Virus record (IMG/VR): IMGVR_UViG_3300047160_000603
Span: 5,126-69,125 of that record
Direction: 5' to 3' (one strand)
From: a virus
Taxonomy: Duplodnaviria > Caudoviricetes
Length of the DNA: 64,000 nt
Positions within the stretch are counted from its first letter, which is position 1. Each line of letters opens with the position of its first letter. Shown here piece after piece: positions 16,338 to 25,854 of this stretch. The translations under genes were made by a program, and so were the position numbers. Below the pieces are notes generated by a model that ran no database searches, was not told the origin of the DNA, and saw only the letters and a program-made list of their open reading frames with translations.

Positions 16338-18596
16338 ATGGTAGCCATTAAGACTCAGCCACGACGCACTAATGCAACACAAACGGCAACAGCTACCCAC
16401 CACAAGCGGGTCTTCTCTTTTGATACCGAGACTACCGGGCTGGACTTACGGCACGGTGCCAAACCATACTTTATCATATCGGCTGATGCCGCGGACTCAC
16501 TCTACCCACTCACATGGCAGTGGCGTGTAGACCCATTGACGCGGCAGCCCATCATCCCAAACGGTGATATCGAAGAGATCCATGAGCATCTACGCAGCCT
16601 CGACACCATCGTCCTGCAGAATGCCAAGTTCGACGTTACGGCAATGGCTACGCTCGACGAGGCGTTCGGGCGTCAGTGGCAGTGGGGTAAGACTGAGGAT
16701 ACGCTGCTACTCGCACATCTACTTGCCAGTAATAAGCCGAAGTCACTAGACGTACTCGCGGTGATGTATCTCGGCATCAGCATCAAGTCACTAGAAGACA
16801 AGATGGAAGAGGCAGTCCAGGCGGCTCGACGGTACTGCCGGAGTAGACTTAAGGATTGGCGGATTGCCAAGAAGGGTCTACCAGATATGCCCAGCATGAA
16901 GGAGGAGTGCTGGAAAGCTGACACGTGGTTGCCACGCGCTATCATCTACGAACTGGGCGGTACCGACAAGCTGAGTGAGCACTATGGTGAGGACATGAGT
17001 TGGTGGGAAACGGTCACTGAGGAGTATGCGTGTGCGGATGGTACCATAACCGTCGGACTACTGCCACGCATGATGGATCGTGTGCGGGAACGTAAGCTAG
17101 ACAAGATCTACCAATTACGCCGGAAGTTACTACCCGTCGCCTACGCGATGGAAAGTCGTGGTGTCACGCTTAGCAGTGATAGGCTTAATAAGCTAGAAAC
17201 GGACTACATGGAGGCGAGCGATGCCGCAACACAGATCTGCACTAACATCGCAGCCGGATACGGGCACGAGCTCACCATGCCGAAGGGTGCTAGCGTTAAC
17301 AAGAATCTGCAGGACTTCGTCTTCAACAAGATGAAGCTAACCAAGATCTACAATCCAAAAGCCGGTAAGGGTAAGGATAAGGACTACGAGCCAAACCCTA
17401 CGCTAGATAGCAAGAACGCCATCCCGTATTATCTAGACACGCTCAAGCCCAACAGTAAAGAGCTACTGTTCATCAAGACGCTGGCAGGCAAGCGCAGCCG
17501 CGACACTGCCTGTACCTTCATGCAGATGTATACTCGCTACTGGCAGCCTGTACCAAGCAAGTCTGGATGGTACCGGCTACATCCCAATTTCAAGCCCACA
17601 GCAACCGATACGCTACGCTGGGGCTGTGATAACCCAGCCGTCCAGAACATTAGCAAGAAGGAAAACTTTAACCTCCGGTACTGCTTTGGTCCCGCACCTG
17701 ACCGGGAATGGTGGTCACTCGATGCGAAGAACATCGAGCTCCGGCTACCCTTCTATGAGTCGGGTGAATTGGCACTCATTGACCTATTCGAGCATCCAGA
17801 CGACCCACCATTCTTCGGCAGTAATCACCTACTCAACTTCAGTGTTATCTACCCAGACCTGTGGGCTACCGCAGTCAAGGAAGTAGGTCTGGATAAGGCT
17901 GGTCCATACTGCAAGAAGAAGTACGCAGCCACATGGTATCAGTGGTGTAAGAACGGTAACTTCGCCATCCAGTACGGCGCGGTAGACAAGAGCGATGGTA
18001 CTGGCACAGCGGACCGAGCATTCCATAAGTCGGGTGCACATGCACTGCTTAAGGAACGGTTCAAGAACCTCGAAATCCTCAATAAAGCACAGATAGAGTT
18101 TGCCAACAGACACGGCTACGTGGAGACCATCCCAGACCGTACCGTGGACCCAGAACGTGGCTACCCACTACTATGTACTCGCACGGAGTACGGCAAGATC
18201 CTAGAGACCGTGCCACTTAGCTACCGTGTGCAAGGGTCCGCGATGTGGTGGACAGGCAAAGCACAGATACGCTGCCAAGCCAAGCTAGATGAGTGGCAGG
18301 GTATAGGAGGCTTCGACGGGTTTATCTGTATGCAGGTCCACGACGAGATGGTGTTCGACTTCCCACGTAGTATCATAGACCCACGCATCCACATGGAGTA
18401 CATCAAGAAAGGTAAGCCCATTCCACTGTTCCAACGTTACAAGAGCAACCTGTGGCGGATACAGATCCTTGCTAGACTAATGGCTCAGGGTGGTACAGAC
18501 TTCATCCTACCGAACTGTCCGCGCGGTATACCTACACCTGTCGGCGTCGAATATCACACTGAGTCCTGGAGTGAAGGAGTGACCCTTGCCATCTGA
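16338..18596 (+). CDS. polA: Family A DNA polymerase with 3'-5' exonuclease
   Basis: FDTETTGL, QNAKFD, SLDAKNIELRL, KNGNFAIQYG, QVHDEM. Confidence 0.93.
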   Translation: MVAIKTQPRRTNATQTATATHHKRVFSFDTETTGLDLRHGAKPYFIISADAADSLYPLTWQWRVDPLTRQPIIPNGDIEEIHEHLRSLDTIVLQNAKFDVTAMATLDEAFGRQWQWGKTEDTLLLAHLLASNKPKSLDVLAVMYLGISIKSLEDKMEEAVQAARRYCRSRLKDWRIAKKGLPDMPSMKEECWKADTWLPRAIIYELGGTDKLSEHYGEDMSWWETVTEEYACADGTITVGLLPRMMDRVRERKLDKIYQLRRKLLPVAYAMESRGVTLSSDRLNKLETDYMEASDAATQICTNIAAGYGHELTMPKGASVNKNLQDFVFNKMKLTKIYNPKAGKGKDKDYEPNPTLDSKNAIPYYLDTLKPNSKELLFIKTLAGKRSRDTACTFMQMYTRYWQPVPSKSGWYRLHPNFKPTATDTLRWGCDNPAVQNISKKENFNLRYCFGPAPDREWWSLDAKNIELRLPFYESGELALIDLFEHPDDPPFFGSNHLLNFSVIYPDLWATAVKEVGLDKAGPYCKKKYAATWYQWCKNGNFAIQYGAVDKSDGTGTADRAFHKSGAHALLKERFKNLEILNKAQIEFANRHGYVETIPDRTVDPERGYPLLCTRTEYGKILETVPLSYRVQGSAMWWTGKAQIRCQAKLDEWQGIGGFDGFICMQVHDEMVFDFPRSIIDPRIHMEYIKKGKPIPLFQRYKSNLWRIQILARLMAQGGTDFILPNCPRGIPTPVGVEYHTESWSEGVTLAI

Positions 18597-18825
18597 TAAA
18601 CCTCATGACCCGGTGCAAGACGCGATTAATACCTTCCCCCAGAAGATAGAAGTGGAGTGGTTCCCACGTACTAAGAACCCTCCACCTGGATTGATCTGGG
18701 TGACCGACGGTCAGCTCTGCTGGCTTGTGGTCACAGATGGTACCATCCCGGCTGACGCGTACTTCGTCCGCGCGTGGACAAGTCCGGTGATCATCCCCAA
18801 ACCGCCCACAGTGTTACCGAGGTAA
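18586..18825 (+). CDS. Hypothetical protein
   Basis: Overlaps the polymerase stop, upstream GAAGGAG. Confidence 0.5.
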   Translation: MPSDKPHDPVQDAINTFPQKIEVEWFPRTKNPPPGLIWVTDGQLCWLVVTDGTIPADAYFVRAWTSPVIIPKPPTVLPR

Positions 18826-18913
18826 CGATGCCTGGCGCACAGCGCTTGGACCAGACTGCCCGAAGCGGATCGTGGCAGCACTGGAGAAGAAGATCCGCAG
18901 AGGAGGGTAAAGC

Positions 18914-19216
18914 ATGGCTAAGGAATCATACCCCAAGTACCCGATCGGGTCTTACGTGATCGTCGGTGCTGAACCCGGACCGTGGGAAAGCAGTGGGGAA
19001 GATGAGGAGGACATTGCTGCACTCGTTGGGCACGTTGGGGTTGTAGTCGAAGTGAGTGATATGGAAGACGATGAAGGTGTGAACGACCCCATGCACCTCA
19101 TACGATTCCCTGACCGCAACGATGAACGTACTGGTCAGCGCAACATTGAGTCATCGTGCCTCGGGTTCATCTGTAACCCCAACCAACCACTAACTGCCCA
19201 CATATTCGAGAGCTAA
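18914..19216 (+). CDS. Acidic hypothetical protein (KOW/SH3-like pattern)
   Basis: IGSYVIV...VGHVGVVVEV; RBS GGAGG. Confidence 0.55.
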   Translation: MAKESYPKYPIGSYVIVGAEPGPWESSGEDEEDIAALVGHVGVVVEVSDMEDDEGVNDPMHLIRFPDRNDERTGQRNIESSCLGFICNPNQPLTAHIFES

Positions 19217-19217
19217 C

Positions 19218-20147
19218 ATGAAGATCACAGACGTCAGCAAGCTGCCACCACTCGAACGGTTCCTGTACTGGTGCAAGGCGCGCCACGAGATCCACGTCAA
19301 GCGGGTTAACCTAGAGTTACCGCGCCCATGGACCGACGACGAGGTGCTCCGCAGCTACTTCTTCACCAACCCGTACCGGGAGAACGACAAGACTACAGTA
19401 TGGTTCCGGGAGAACATCCGCGAGCGGTTACGGAACGAGGACGAGGTGCTGATGGCAACCGTAATCTTCCGCTGGTTTAACCTCATTGAGACTGGATACA
19501 CCCTACTCGGTGATGCCAACCACGACGACCTGACCGTACTGTGGAACGAAAGGACTGCGGTGGCTCGGCTACAGAGTATGTGGGGCGACGGACGCACGCC
19601 AGTCTTCACTGGCGCGTACATGATCAAGGCGGGTAACGGTGAGCGTGGCTGCAAGATCCCCAACGTATGCAAGGCCATTACGCGCGTCTGGCACGAACGG
19701 GACCGGCTGCTGCATATCTGTAAGAGTGATTGCAGATTAGAAGCACTGTGGGAGTCGCTGACTAGGTTCGACCATCTGGGTGGGTTCATGGCATACGAGA
19801 TTGTCTGTGACCTACGCTACACGTACCTATTGGATGAGGCGACCGACGTAGATACATGGGCTAATCCCGGACCCGGCTGCCTGCGCGGGCTGCTACGCTT
19901 GGAGGGTGGTAAGATACCCATGAAAGACAACGGTAGACCCAATCGCAACGCCAGCGTGAAGAACCCACTGCCGAAGATGGTAGACCTACTGGCAGTCTGC
20001 CGTGAGAGGCTGAAGGGTATGCCTCGGTTTGAACTGCGAGAGGTTGAGCACAGCCTCTGCGAGTGGGATAAGTACGAGCGAGCCAGGACTGGTGAGGGTG
20101 GTAGGATGAAGCGTGTCTTCAACGGGGAGTACGAAGATGGTGATTGA
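19218..20147 (+). CDS. 5-hmdU DNA kinase-like (aGPT-Pplase1 family)
   Basis: PWTDDEVLRSYFFTNPYRENDK, LGGFMAYEIVCDL, NPGPGCLRGL, EVEHSLCEWDKY. Confidence 0.85.
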   Translation: MKITDVSKLPPLERFLYWCKARHEIHVKRVNLELPRPWTDDEVLRSYFFTNPYRENDKTTVWFRENIRERLRNEDEVLMATVIFRWFNLIETGYTLLGDANHDDLTVLWNERTAVARLQSMWGDGRTPVFTGAYMIKAGNGERGCKIPNVCKAITRVWHERDRLLHICKSDCRLEALWESLTRFDHLGGFMAYEIVCDLRYTYLLDEATDVDTWANPGPGCLRGLLRLEGGKIPMKDNGRPNRNASVKNPLPKMVDLLAVCRERLKGMPRFELREVEHSLCEWDKYERARTGEGGRMKRVFNGEYEDGD

Positions 20148-20712
20148 CATCCGCGGTACGCACGGCTCCGGTAAGAGCTGGCTCATGCACCAGTTAATCA
20201 GCTACGGCGCTGACGAGGTGACTGGAACGTGTCACTATACTCATAAGGACAAGGTGCTCGGCTACGTGCTGCCAGACTGGGACGCCTTCATCCTTGGGAA
20301 ATACTCCAACGTCTGTGGAGGCTGTGACCAGATTGGTAGTGCGGACGAAGTAGTGCGTCGTATCCGCGAGTTCAGCCAGCAGTACACGCACATCATCCTT
20401 GAAGGGATACTGGTGGCGCACACCTACCAACGGTATGCGGATCTTGCCGTGGAGATGCAGGACTACGGGTATATCTTTTGCTTCCTGGACACACCGCTGG
20501 AGACCTGCATCGAGCGAGTTAAGCAGCGTCGAGCGAATGCAGGTAATGATAAGCCACTCAACCCAGCCAACATCATCAAGGATTACCGCAACATCTGGAC
20601 CACAGTGCGCCACAAGGTCTATGCAGCCGGGCTGAACGCGATTGACGTGCCACACACTGACCCACTAGGACCTATCATCGACTTACTCGACAAGGTGACT
20701 ACCTTTGAATAA
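20137..20712 (+). CDS. P-loop nucleotide kinase, likely hmdUMP kinase
   Basis: IDIRGTHGSGKS, GGCD, IILEG; position in the cluster. Confidence 0.75.
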   Translation: MVIDIRGTHGSGKSWLMHQLISYGADEVTGTCHYTHKDKVLGYVLPDWDAFILGKYSNVCGGCDQIGSADEVVRRIREFSQQYTHIILEGILVAHTYQRYADLAVEMQDYGYIFCFLDTPLETCIERVKQRRANAGNDKPLNPANIIKDYRNIWTTVRHKVYAAGLNAIDVPHTDPLGPIIDLLDKVTTFE

Positions 20713-20980
20713 TCCATTCACCAAACATCCGCGTGAGGTTGGTATGAACTACGTCACGCACATGTTGTGGGCTTGTACCATCGGTACCATGATGATCTTC
20801 GCCGGTCTCTGTTGCCTCGTGCACGCCATCTGCCCGTTCCTATTTACACGCACTGCTTCCAATATGGTTGAAGACTTGCACTATGTCCTCTTTCCCCAGA
20901 AGGCCAATTATGGTACTAATCCCCAGCAAGAAGACAGTCATAAGCAAGCCAGCGATAAGCCAGAGTCTGGAACTCCCTGA
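20705..20980 (+). CDS. DUF6356-like small membrane protein
   Basis: FTKHPREVGMNY..H...AG..LVHAICPFLFTRTAS. Confidence 0.6.
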   Translation: MNNPFTKHPREVGMNYVTHMLWACTIGTMMIFAGLCCLVHAICPFLFTRTASNMVEDLHYVLFPQKANYGTNPQQEDSHKQASDKPESGTP

Positions 20981-21725
20981 CGGGTACCAGCAATGGGACT
21001 GGTACAAAGAGGGTGTCAACCCGAACGGCGTCTGGCTCAACAGTGTCAACGCGATGACAGAGGCACTGCAGCAACATGAACAGGATGATGTCTACCTGTA
21101 CACTCAGCACGAGATTTTCTACGACGGTGGCGTCATCAAGCAAACCCGATCCACGCCGAACTGGGAAGGCGGATTGGTGACGTTCTGCAACTGCAAGCAC
21201 AACATGCGAACGTACCAGCGTGACACATGGGTCGGTGCGTGGTTGGTGGGTCTATGCCCGAAAGAGTGTGAAGATAATACCATGCTCTTCGCTGGCCGGA
21301 TTGATCGTGCGTTCGATTCGCACTACGGGTTGAGTCATATGGTGTATCGTGACTATCCGCAGGTTGCATTACACAAGCTAGCCCATACGAATCCACGTGG
21401 TGATCTGTACATACCAAAGCATGGGTTTAACCTCGCCAGTAGTGGCAGACGGTATCACCACAATACGTACATCGAGCCGGTCAACCACTGCCGCGCGGTT
21501 GAGACATACCGCAAGTCACCAGGATCAACTATGCGTGCGGATGGCACCGTGCCGAAGTGGTGGCGTGACCTGGAGTACCTGCAACGGGGGATACGTCCGC
21601 AGGTATTTATACTGCAACCGTGTTACCTATTCAGTAAGCCCATGCTGTGGACCAGTAGGCAGCCCAAACGTGCTGTAATGCGTCTTACAGTAGGCGAACT
21701 GGCTCGAACGGTATATAAAGGGTGA
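20910..21725 (+). CDS. Nucleotide-modification-associated domain 2 (Nmad2)-like protein
   Basis: YDGG.....STPNWEGGLVTFCNCKHNMR resembles the Nmad2 D.G.APN...TLA.CKP.IR pattern. Confidence 0.6.
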   Translation: MVLIPSKKTVISKPAISQSLELPDGYQQWDWYKEGVNPNGVWLNSVNAMTEALQQHEQDDVYLYTQHEIFYDGGVIKQTRSTPNWEGGLVTFCNCKHNMRTYQRDTWVGAWLVGLCPKECEDNTMLFAGRIDRAFDSHYGLSHMVYRDYPQVALHKLAHTNPRGDLYIPKHGFNLASSGRRYHHNTYIEPVNHCRAVETYRKSPGSTMRADGTVPKWWRDLEYLQRGIRPQVFILQPCYLFSKPMLWTSRQPKRAVMRLTVGELARTVYKG

Positions 21726-21774
21726 TGCAGGCTAGAACGTGCAGTGGTGGCGTCGCTAGACATGTTAAAACACA

Positions 21775-21799
21775 AACGCCACCCTGACTGGGTGGCGTT
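21775..21799. terminator. Terminator hairpin between convergent genes
   Basis: AACGCCACCC-TGACT-GGGTGGCGTT. Confidence 0.7.
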
Positions 21800-21824
21800 A
21801 GGCGGGTCGGGCGTGTGGTACGGG

Positions 21825-22196
21825 TTACTTCTTGGCGTTTTCCAGGGCTTTCTTACCTTTTGCGGTAATCGTGTACACAAGCCCGCGGATCCCTTCTACA
21901 TCATCGCTGGTCACCAACCCGTCGCCTTCCAGCGTACCTTCGGCCGCATCGCCTTGCGTCACCGCACCCAGCATCTTTGCCCAGCCTTTGACGATGCCGG
22001 TCTTCTCGGCCAGTTGCGCACGAGTCAGGCCATCTTTGGCCTTGTTCAGCGTTTCGAGCGTCAGGATCTTGTTCCCGCTCAAACCGCGTTCTTTGACGGA
22101 TGCCGGTTCAGCCTTCGTGGGTGCTGCGGCTGCCTTCTTGGTGGCCTTCGCGATGGTGGTCTTGGTGCTGTTGGCCTTGTTGGTTTGCTTCGCCAT
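21825..22196 (-). CDS. Ala/Lys-rich winged-helix-like protein, paralog of 8033-8893
   Basis: Shared AKDGL.R..L..KTG..KGW.K.LGA.T.G...GDGL...Y.IT..G; RBS CACAAGGAG. Confidence 0.7.
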   Translation of the reverse strand: MAKQTNKANSTKTTIAKATKKAAAAPTKAEPASVKERGLSGNKILTLETLNKAKDGLTRAQLAEKTGIVKGWAKMLGAVTQGDAAEGTLEGDGLVTSDDVEGIRGLVYTITAKGKKALENAKK

Positions 22197-22256
22197 GATC
22201 GAGCTCCTTGTGTGCTGGGCTAGCGGGTCTTTGCGTTGCACTGTGCACCGCGTTTT

Positions 22257-22276
22257 CGTTTACCACACTAACCCAA
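22257..22276 (-). promoter_or_regulatory. Second copy of the leftward promoter core
   Basis: CGTTTACCACAC..WCCCAA on plus, as at 9838-9857. Confidence 0.45.
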
Positions 22277-22413
22277 CACCTTCACTCTAACACCACCCCC
22301 ATCCGAGAGCAAGGACTGTTTGGCGTTTTGCACCAAGTATTTTCCAGCGTCTGTAGTAATATGTGTACTGGTTCGCTTCAAATCCGAGGTCTAAACCTGC
22401 TCGGACTATTTTC

Positions 22414-23013
22414 ATGATCAAGACAATTTTGCTAGATATGGACGATGTGCTCGTGGACTTCACGGGAGCCTACTGCAAGCTTATTGGTGTCGACGAGCGG
22501 GCTGTACGTGCAGCCTGGACGCCTGCAACCGGCTGGCATATGGGAACAGCCCTAACCACAGTGATGAGGCTGCACGCACCACTGAGCCTCGAGCAGTTCT
22601 GGGCACCACTGCAAGGGGACGTTGAGTTCTGGGAGAAGCTACAACCGCTACCGTGGTTCCACGACTTAATTGCGATGGTGTACCAATTCACAGATGACAT
22701 CTGGGTGGTAAGCAGCCCCAGTGAGTGTGATAGTAGTTATACTGGAAAGGTACGTTGGCTCAAGCGTGTGTTTGGACGTTCGTTCACACACTTCCACTTG
22801 ACACCGCATAAAGAACGCCTTGCGACACCGGGTAGCGTGCTGATCGATGACCGTGAAGAGACCGTGGTGAAGTTCCAGAATGCGTGCTCGCGAATCCACG
22901 CAGGCAGATCGTACGGCATCACGTTCCCACAGAATTACAATAGCCTGTACGCTTTGACAGGCACACCGAAGCAGCGTCTTGACTACGTTCGTAGATCGTT
23001 GGCTGCAATCTAA
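22414..23013 (+). CDS. HAD-family 5'(3')-deoxyribonucleotidase (NT5C-like)
   Basis: LLDMDDVLVDF, VVSSP, GKVRW, LIDD. Confidence 0.85.
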   Translation: MIKTILLDMDDVLVDFTGAYCKLIGVDERAVRAAWTPATGWHMGTALTTVMRLHAPLSLEQFWAPLQGDVEFWEKLQPLPWFHDLIAMVYQFTDDIWVVSSPSECDSSYTGKVRWLKRVFGRSFTHFHLTPHKERLATPGSVLIDDREETVVKFQNACSRIHAGRSYGITFPQNYNSLYALTGTPKQRLDYVRRSLAAI

Positions 23014-23028
23014 CCTCAAGGAGACCTC

Positions 23029-24294
23029 ATGCACCTGACAACTCGTAATGTCAACTCAGCGTTCCGTGAGTTGGTGAAACTATTTGACCGTGGCTCACGA
23101 TGGGCAGGTGGCGATAGCTACGTGCACACGAACAGAGGCATAGTCAAGGCCACCATCACACAGCGTAATAGCCGCAACGGTCCTGTTCTGCTGATCGACG
23201 AACCAGTGACCATCACGTACACGCATCCTCGTGAACGAGTATTGTTCAACGCGGCACGTGATGCCAATCCGTTCTTCCACTTGTATGAGGCTCTGTGGAT
23301 GCTGGCTGGGCGAAACGACGTCGCGTCCGTTGCCCACTACGCCAAGCAGATGAAGGATTACAGCGACGATGGTGTTACGCTTAATGGAGCGTATGGCTAT
23401 CGGTGGCGACACCAGAAGGGTGAACAGATTCTCAGCCGCTATATGAAGAATGGTCCAGGTTATGACGATTGGGAGAACATAGACCAACTCGACGTCTTGG
23501 TGAACCATCTCAAGGCGGACCATAACTCGCGCCGCGCTGTGCTACAGATGTGGAATGTCGAGGATGACCTCCTGAGGATCGGTGGTAAGTGCATCTGTGG
23601 TGCTGATCGAACTGGACCATCAGCAGAAGCACACGATGTTGATTGCCCAGCGCAGCGCCAAGCATCCAAGGATACGTGTTGTAACCTGTCCGTAATGTTT
23701 AGCATCCGTGAGCAAGTCGTCCATCCAGACGCCGGTCCCATTGCACAAGCACAGTTCAACAAGCGATGTCTGGACATGACTGTGACCAACCGCAGCAACG
23801 ACTTGATCTGGGGTCTACTTGGTGCCAACTACGTACACTTTAGTTTCCTTCAGGAGTATATGGCTGCACGGATCGGCGTGGAAGTTGGCAAGTACCACCA
23901 CTTCACCAATAACCTCCATGTCTACACAGAAACGAACAGTGGCTTCCACCCGGAGAAGTGGTTAGGCCAGAACGACTGCAATTGGCACGAGGAGGGGGAT
24001 GACCTTTACCATTATTCCGAGTATGACGTGAAGACCACAGTGCCACTCATCAACAAGCCTGAAGTATTCGAGAATGAGATGCTAGAGTTTGTTAACAACA
24101 ACGATGGTCGCACGCGGACGCTACGGTTGCACTACAAGGAGCCCTTCCTAGATACAGTGGCACAGCCTGCAATGGATGCGATGTACTGCCACAAGGAAGG
24201 CAATACAGATGAAGCACTGACACACGCCAGTATGATCGCCGCGGACGATTGGCGTATCGCCTGCCAACGCTGGCTTGAACGGAGGAAAAAGTGA
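23029..24294 (+). CDS. Thymidylate synthase-like dUMP hydroxymethylase
   Basis: RDANPFFHLYEALWMLAGRND, SRRAVLQMW, KDTCCN, NRSNDLIWG..GAN (Asn favours dUMP), YHHFTNNLHVY. Confidence 0.85.
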   Translation: MHLTTRNVNSAFRELVKLFDRGSRWAGGDSYVHTNRGIVKATITQRNSRNGPVLLIDEPVTITYTHPRERVLFNAARDANPFFHLYEALWMLAGRNDVASVAHYAKQMKDYSDDGVTLNGAYGYRWRHQKGEQILSRYMKNGPGYDDWENIDQLDVLVNHLKADHNSRRAVLQMWNVEDDLLRIGGKCICGADRTGPSAEAHDVDCPAQRQASKDTCCNLSVMFSIREQVVHPDAGPIAQAQFNKRCLDMTVTNRSNDLIWGLLGANYVHFSFLQEYMAARIGVEVGKYHHFTNNLHVYTETNSGFHPEKWLGQNDCNWHEEGDDLYHYSEYDVKTTVPLINKPEVFENEMLEFVNNNDGRTRTLRLHYKEPFLDTVAQPAMDAMYCHKEGNTDEALTHASMIAADDWRIACQRWLERRKK

Positions 24295-24908
24295 TGGATA
24301 TGGACCACAATGAAAGGGCGGAAGAGATCATGTACCCACCACCAGTGCTGACGAAACAGGACTTTGTCAAGCGGTATGCAGCCGGTGAGTTTGGCAATGC
24401 AAGCCCCACATGGCAGACGTTCGAGCAGTTCAGCAAGGATGTGTCGTGGCACCACAAGCAGCAGCAATTCCATCTGCGGAATCGTGTGGCTGCCGGTGAG
24501 ACCCACTACAACCTATCCGCCACTGAAGTGCTGCGACAGTGGGGTGATGACAAGAATGGTCCGTGGTACTGTTCCGCAATGGCACCAGAGGATCGCAAGA
24601 TATTCCAAGGTGAAGTGATTGAGCATCCAGCGACCGGCATCCAACTCCACTACAACCTGCATGCAATACCGATGCGTGACGGAATGGCTGCGGAATACGC
24701 TACATCCGGCTACCAGAAACGTATGAACGTTGATGGTCCGCGTGTCTACTGGTACCTACGAACGTTCTTATGTGCCAATAGTTACGAATGGCTAATGATC
24801 CTACTCGACCGCTACCCCAACCACGCAGTCGAGTTCAGCAGTTACGCTACTAACTGGGGCACCATCTCCGGTTTCAACACCGTCTTCTGGGAAGTCCGGA
24901 AATATTAA
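24291..24908 (+). CDS. Hypothetical protein in the modification cluster
   Basis: Coupled start/stop with the hydroxymethylase; no family recognised. Confidence 0.7.
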   Translation: MMDMDHNERAEEIMYPPPVLTKQDFVKRYAAGEFGNASPTWQTFEQFSKDVSWHHKQQQFHLRNRVAAGETHYNLSATEVLRQWGDDKNGPWYCSAMAPEDRKIFQGEVIEHPATGIQLHYNLHAIPMRDGMAAEYATSGYQKRMNVDGPRVYWYLRTFLCANSYEWLMILLDRYPNHAVEFSSYATNWGTISGFNTVFWEVRKY

Positions 24909-24942
24909 CCTGTCCCTACCATCGCCCACTCAAGGATAAAGT

Positions 24943-25755
24943 ATGAACCCGACCGATTATCAGCAACTTGCGGCACGCACCGAGTGTGTGCAGGCAACCA
25001 GCCGTCACCGGATGTACACCGACAACCAAGACCACGCGCGGATCTTCTACCCCAACGACCACCCGATCTGTAAGCCCATCCGCTTCAACCACTCGATCAT
25101 CGGCATGTGCGGTGAAGTGGGTGAGATCTTCGCGCTGTTGAACCAATCCGTAGACTCCATGGCAGCCATGACACAGGCGGAACAGGTTAGCTGCCGAATG
25201 CACTTCAACATGGAGTTTGGTGACCTGCTGTGGTACATGGCCGAGGGTATGAACGCACTGAGTATGGACGCCACCACGATCTTCGTGTATTCCACGCTAC
25301 ATCAACTACCGAACGTCGGACGCCTCGACCAGCTCAAGTACGTCCTAACCAACATCGCGAAAGTGGTGGGCTTACTTGCGTCTGAATTGCAGCGGTGGAT
25401 TTACTACGGTAAGTACGAGCCAAGTGCCACGAACAATCAGGGCGATGCAAAGTTCATTGAGAATGTGGTCTACCTGTTCCGTGATCTGGCTGGCTGGGTA
25501 CAGGCAGCATTGGGCCTACTCGACATGAAGCTTGACCGAGTGATGACAAGCAACATCGAGAAACTGAGGGCACGCTACCCAGACAAGTATAGCGACCACC
25601 ACGCCGCTGACGAGAATCGGGACCGTACCAAGGAAGAGGAGGCTGCAGTCAAGATGACCGCGTTCACCGAACAGTACAGTCGCAATACCCAGCCGGACGT
25701 TAACCGTACCGGGTACGAAAAGCTCGGTGGTGAAAGTGGTACCGGCGAAACATAA
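24943..25755 (+). CDS. MazG-like nucleoside triphosphate pyrophosphohydrolase
   Basis: GMCGEVGE, EFGDLLWY, NIEKLRARYP. Confidence 0.8.
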   Translation: MNPTDYQQLAARTECVQATSRHRMYTDNQDHARIFYPNDHPICKPIRFNHSIIGMCGEVGEIFALLNQSVDSMAAMTQAEQVSCRMHFNMEFGDLLWYMAEGMNALSMDATTIFVYSTLHQLPNVGRLDQLKYVLTNIAKVVGLLASELQRWIYYGKYEPSATNNQGDAKFIENVVYLFRDLAGWVQAALGLLDMKLDRVMTSNIEKLRARYPDKYSDHHAADENRDRTKEEEAAVKMTAFTEQYSRNTQPDVNRTGYEKLGGESGTGET

Positions 25756-25854
25756 AGCTAGCTATCTATGGTATGATGATGAGCTTCCGCGCACGGTGGC
25801 CTCACAGCTACCGTGTGTTATTTTCTTCCAGAAGATCCAACAGGAGACTAAAGC

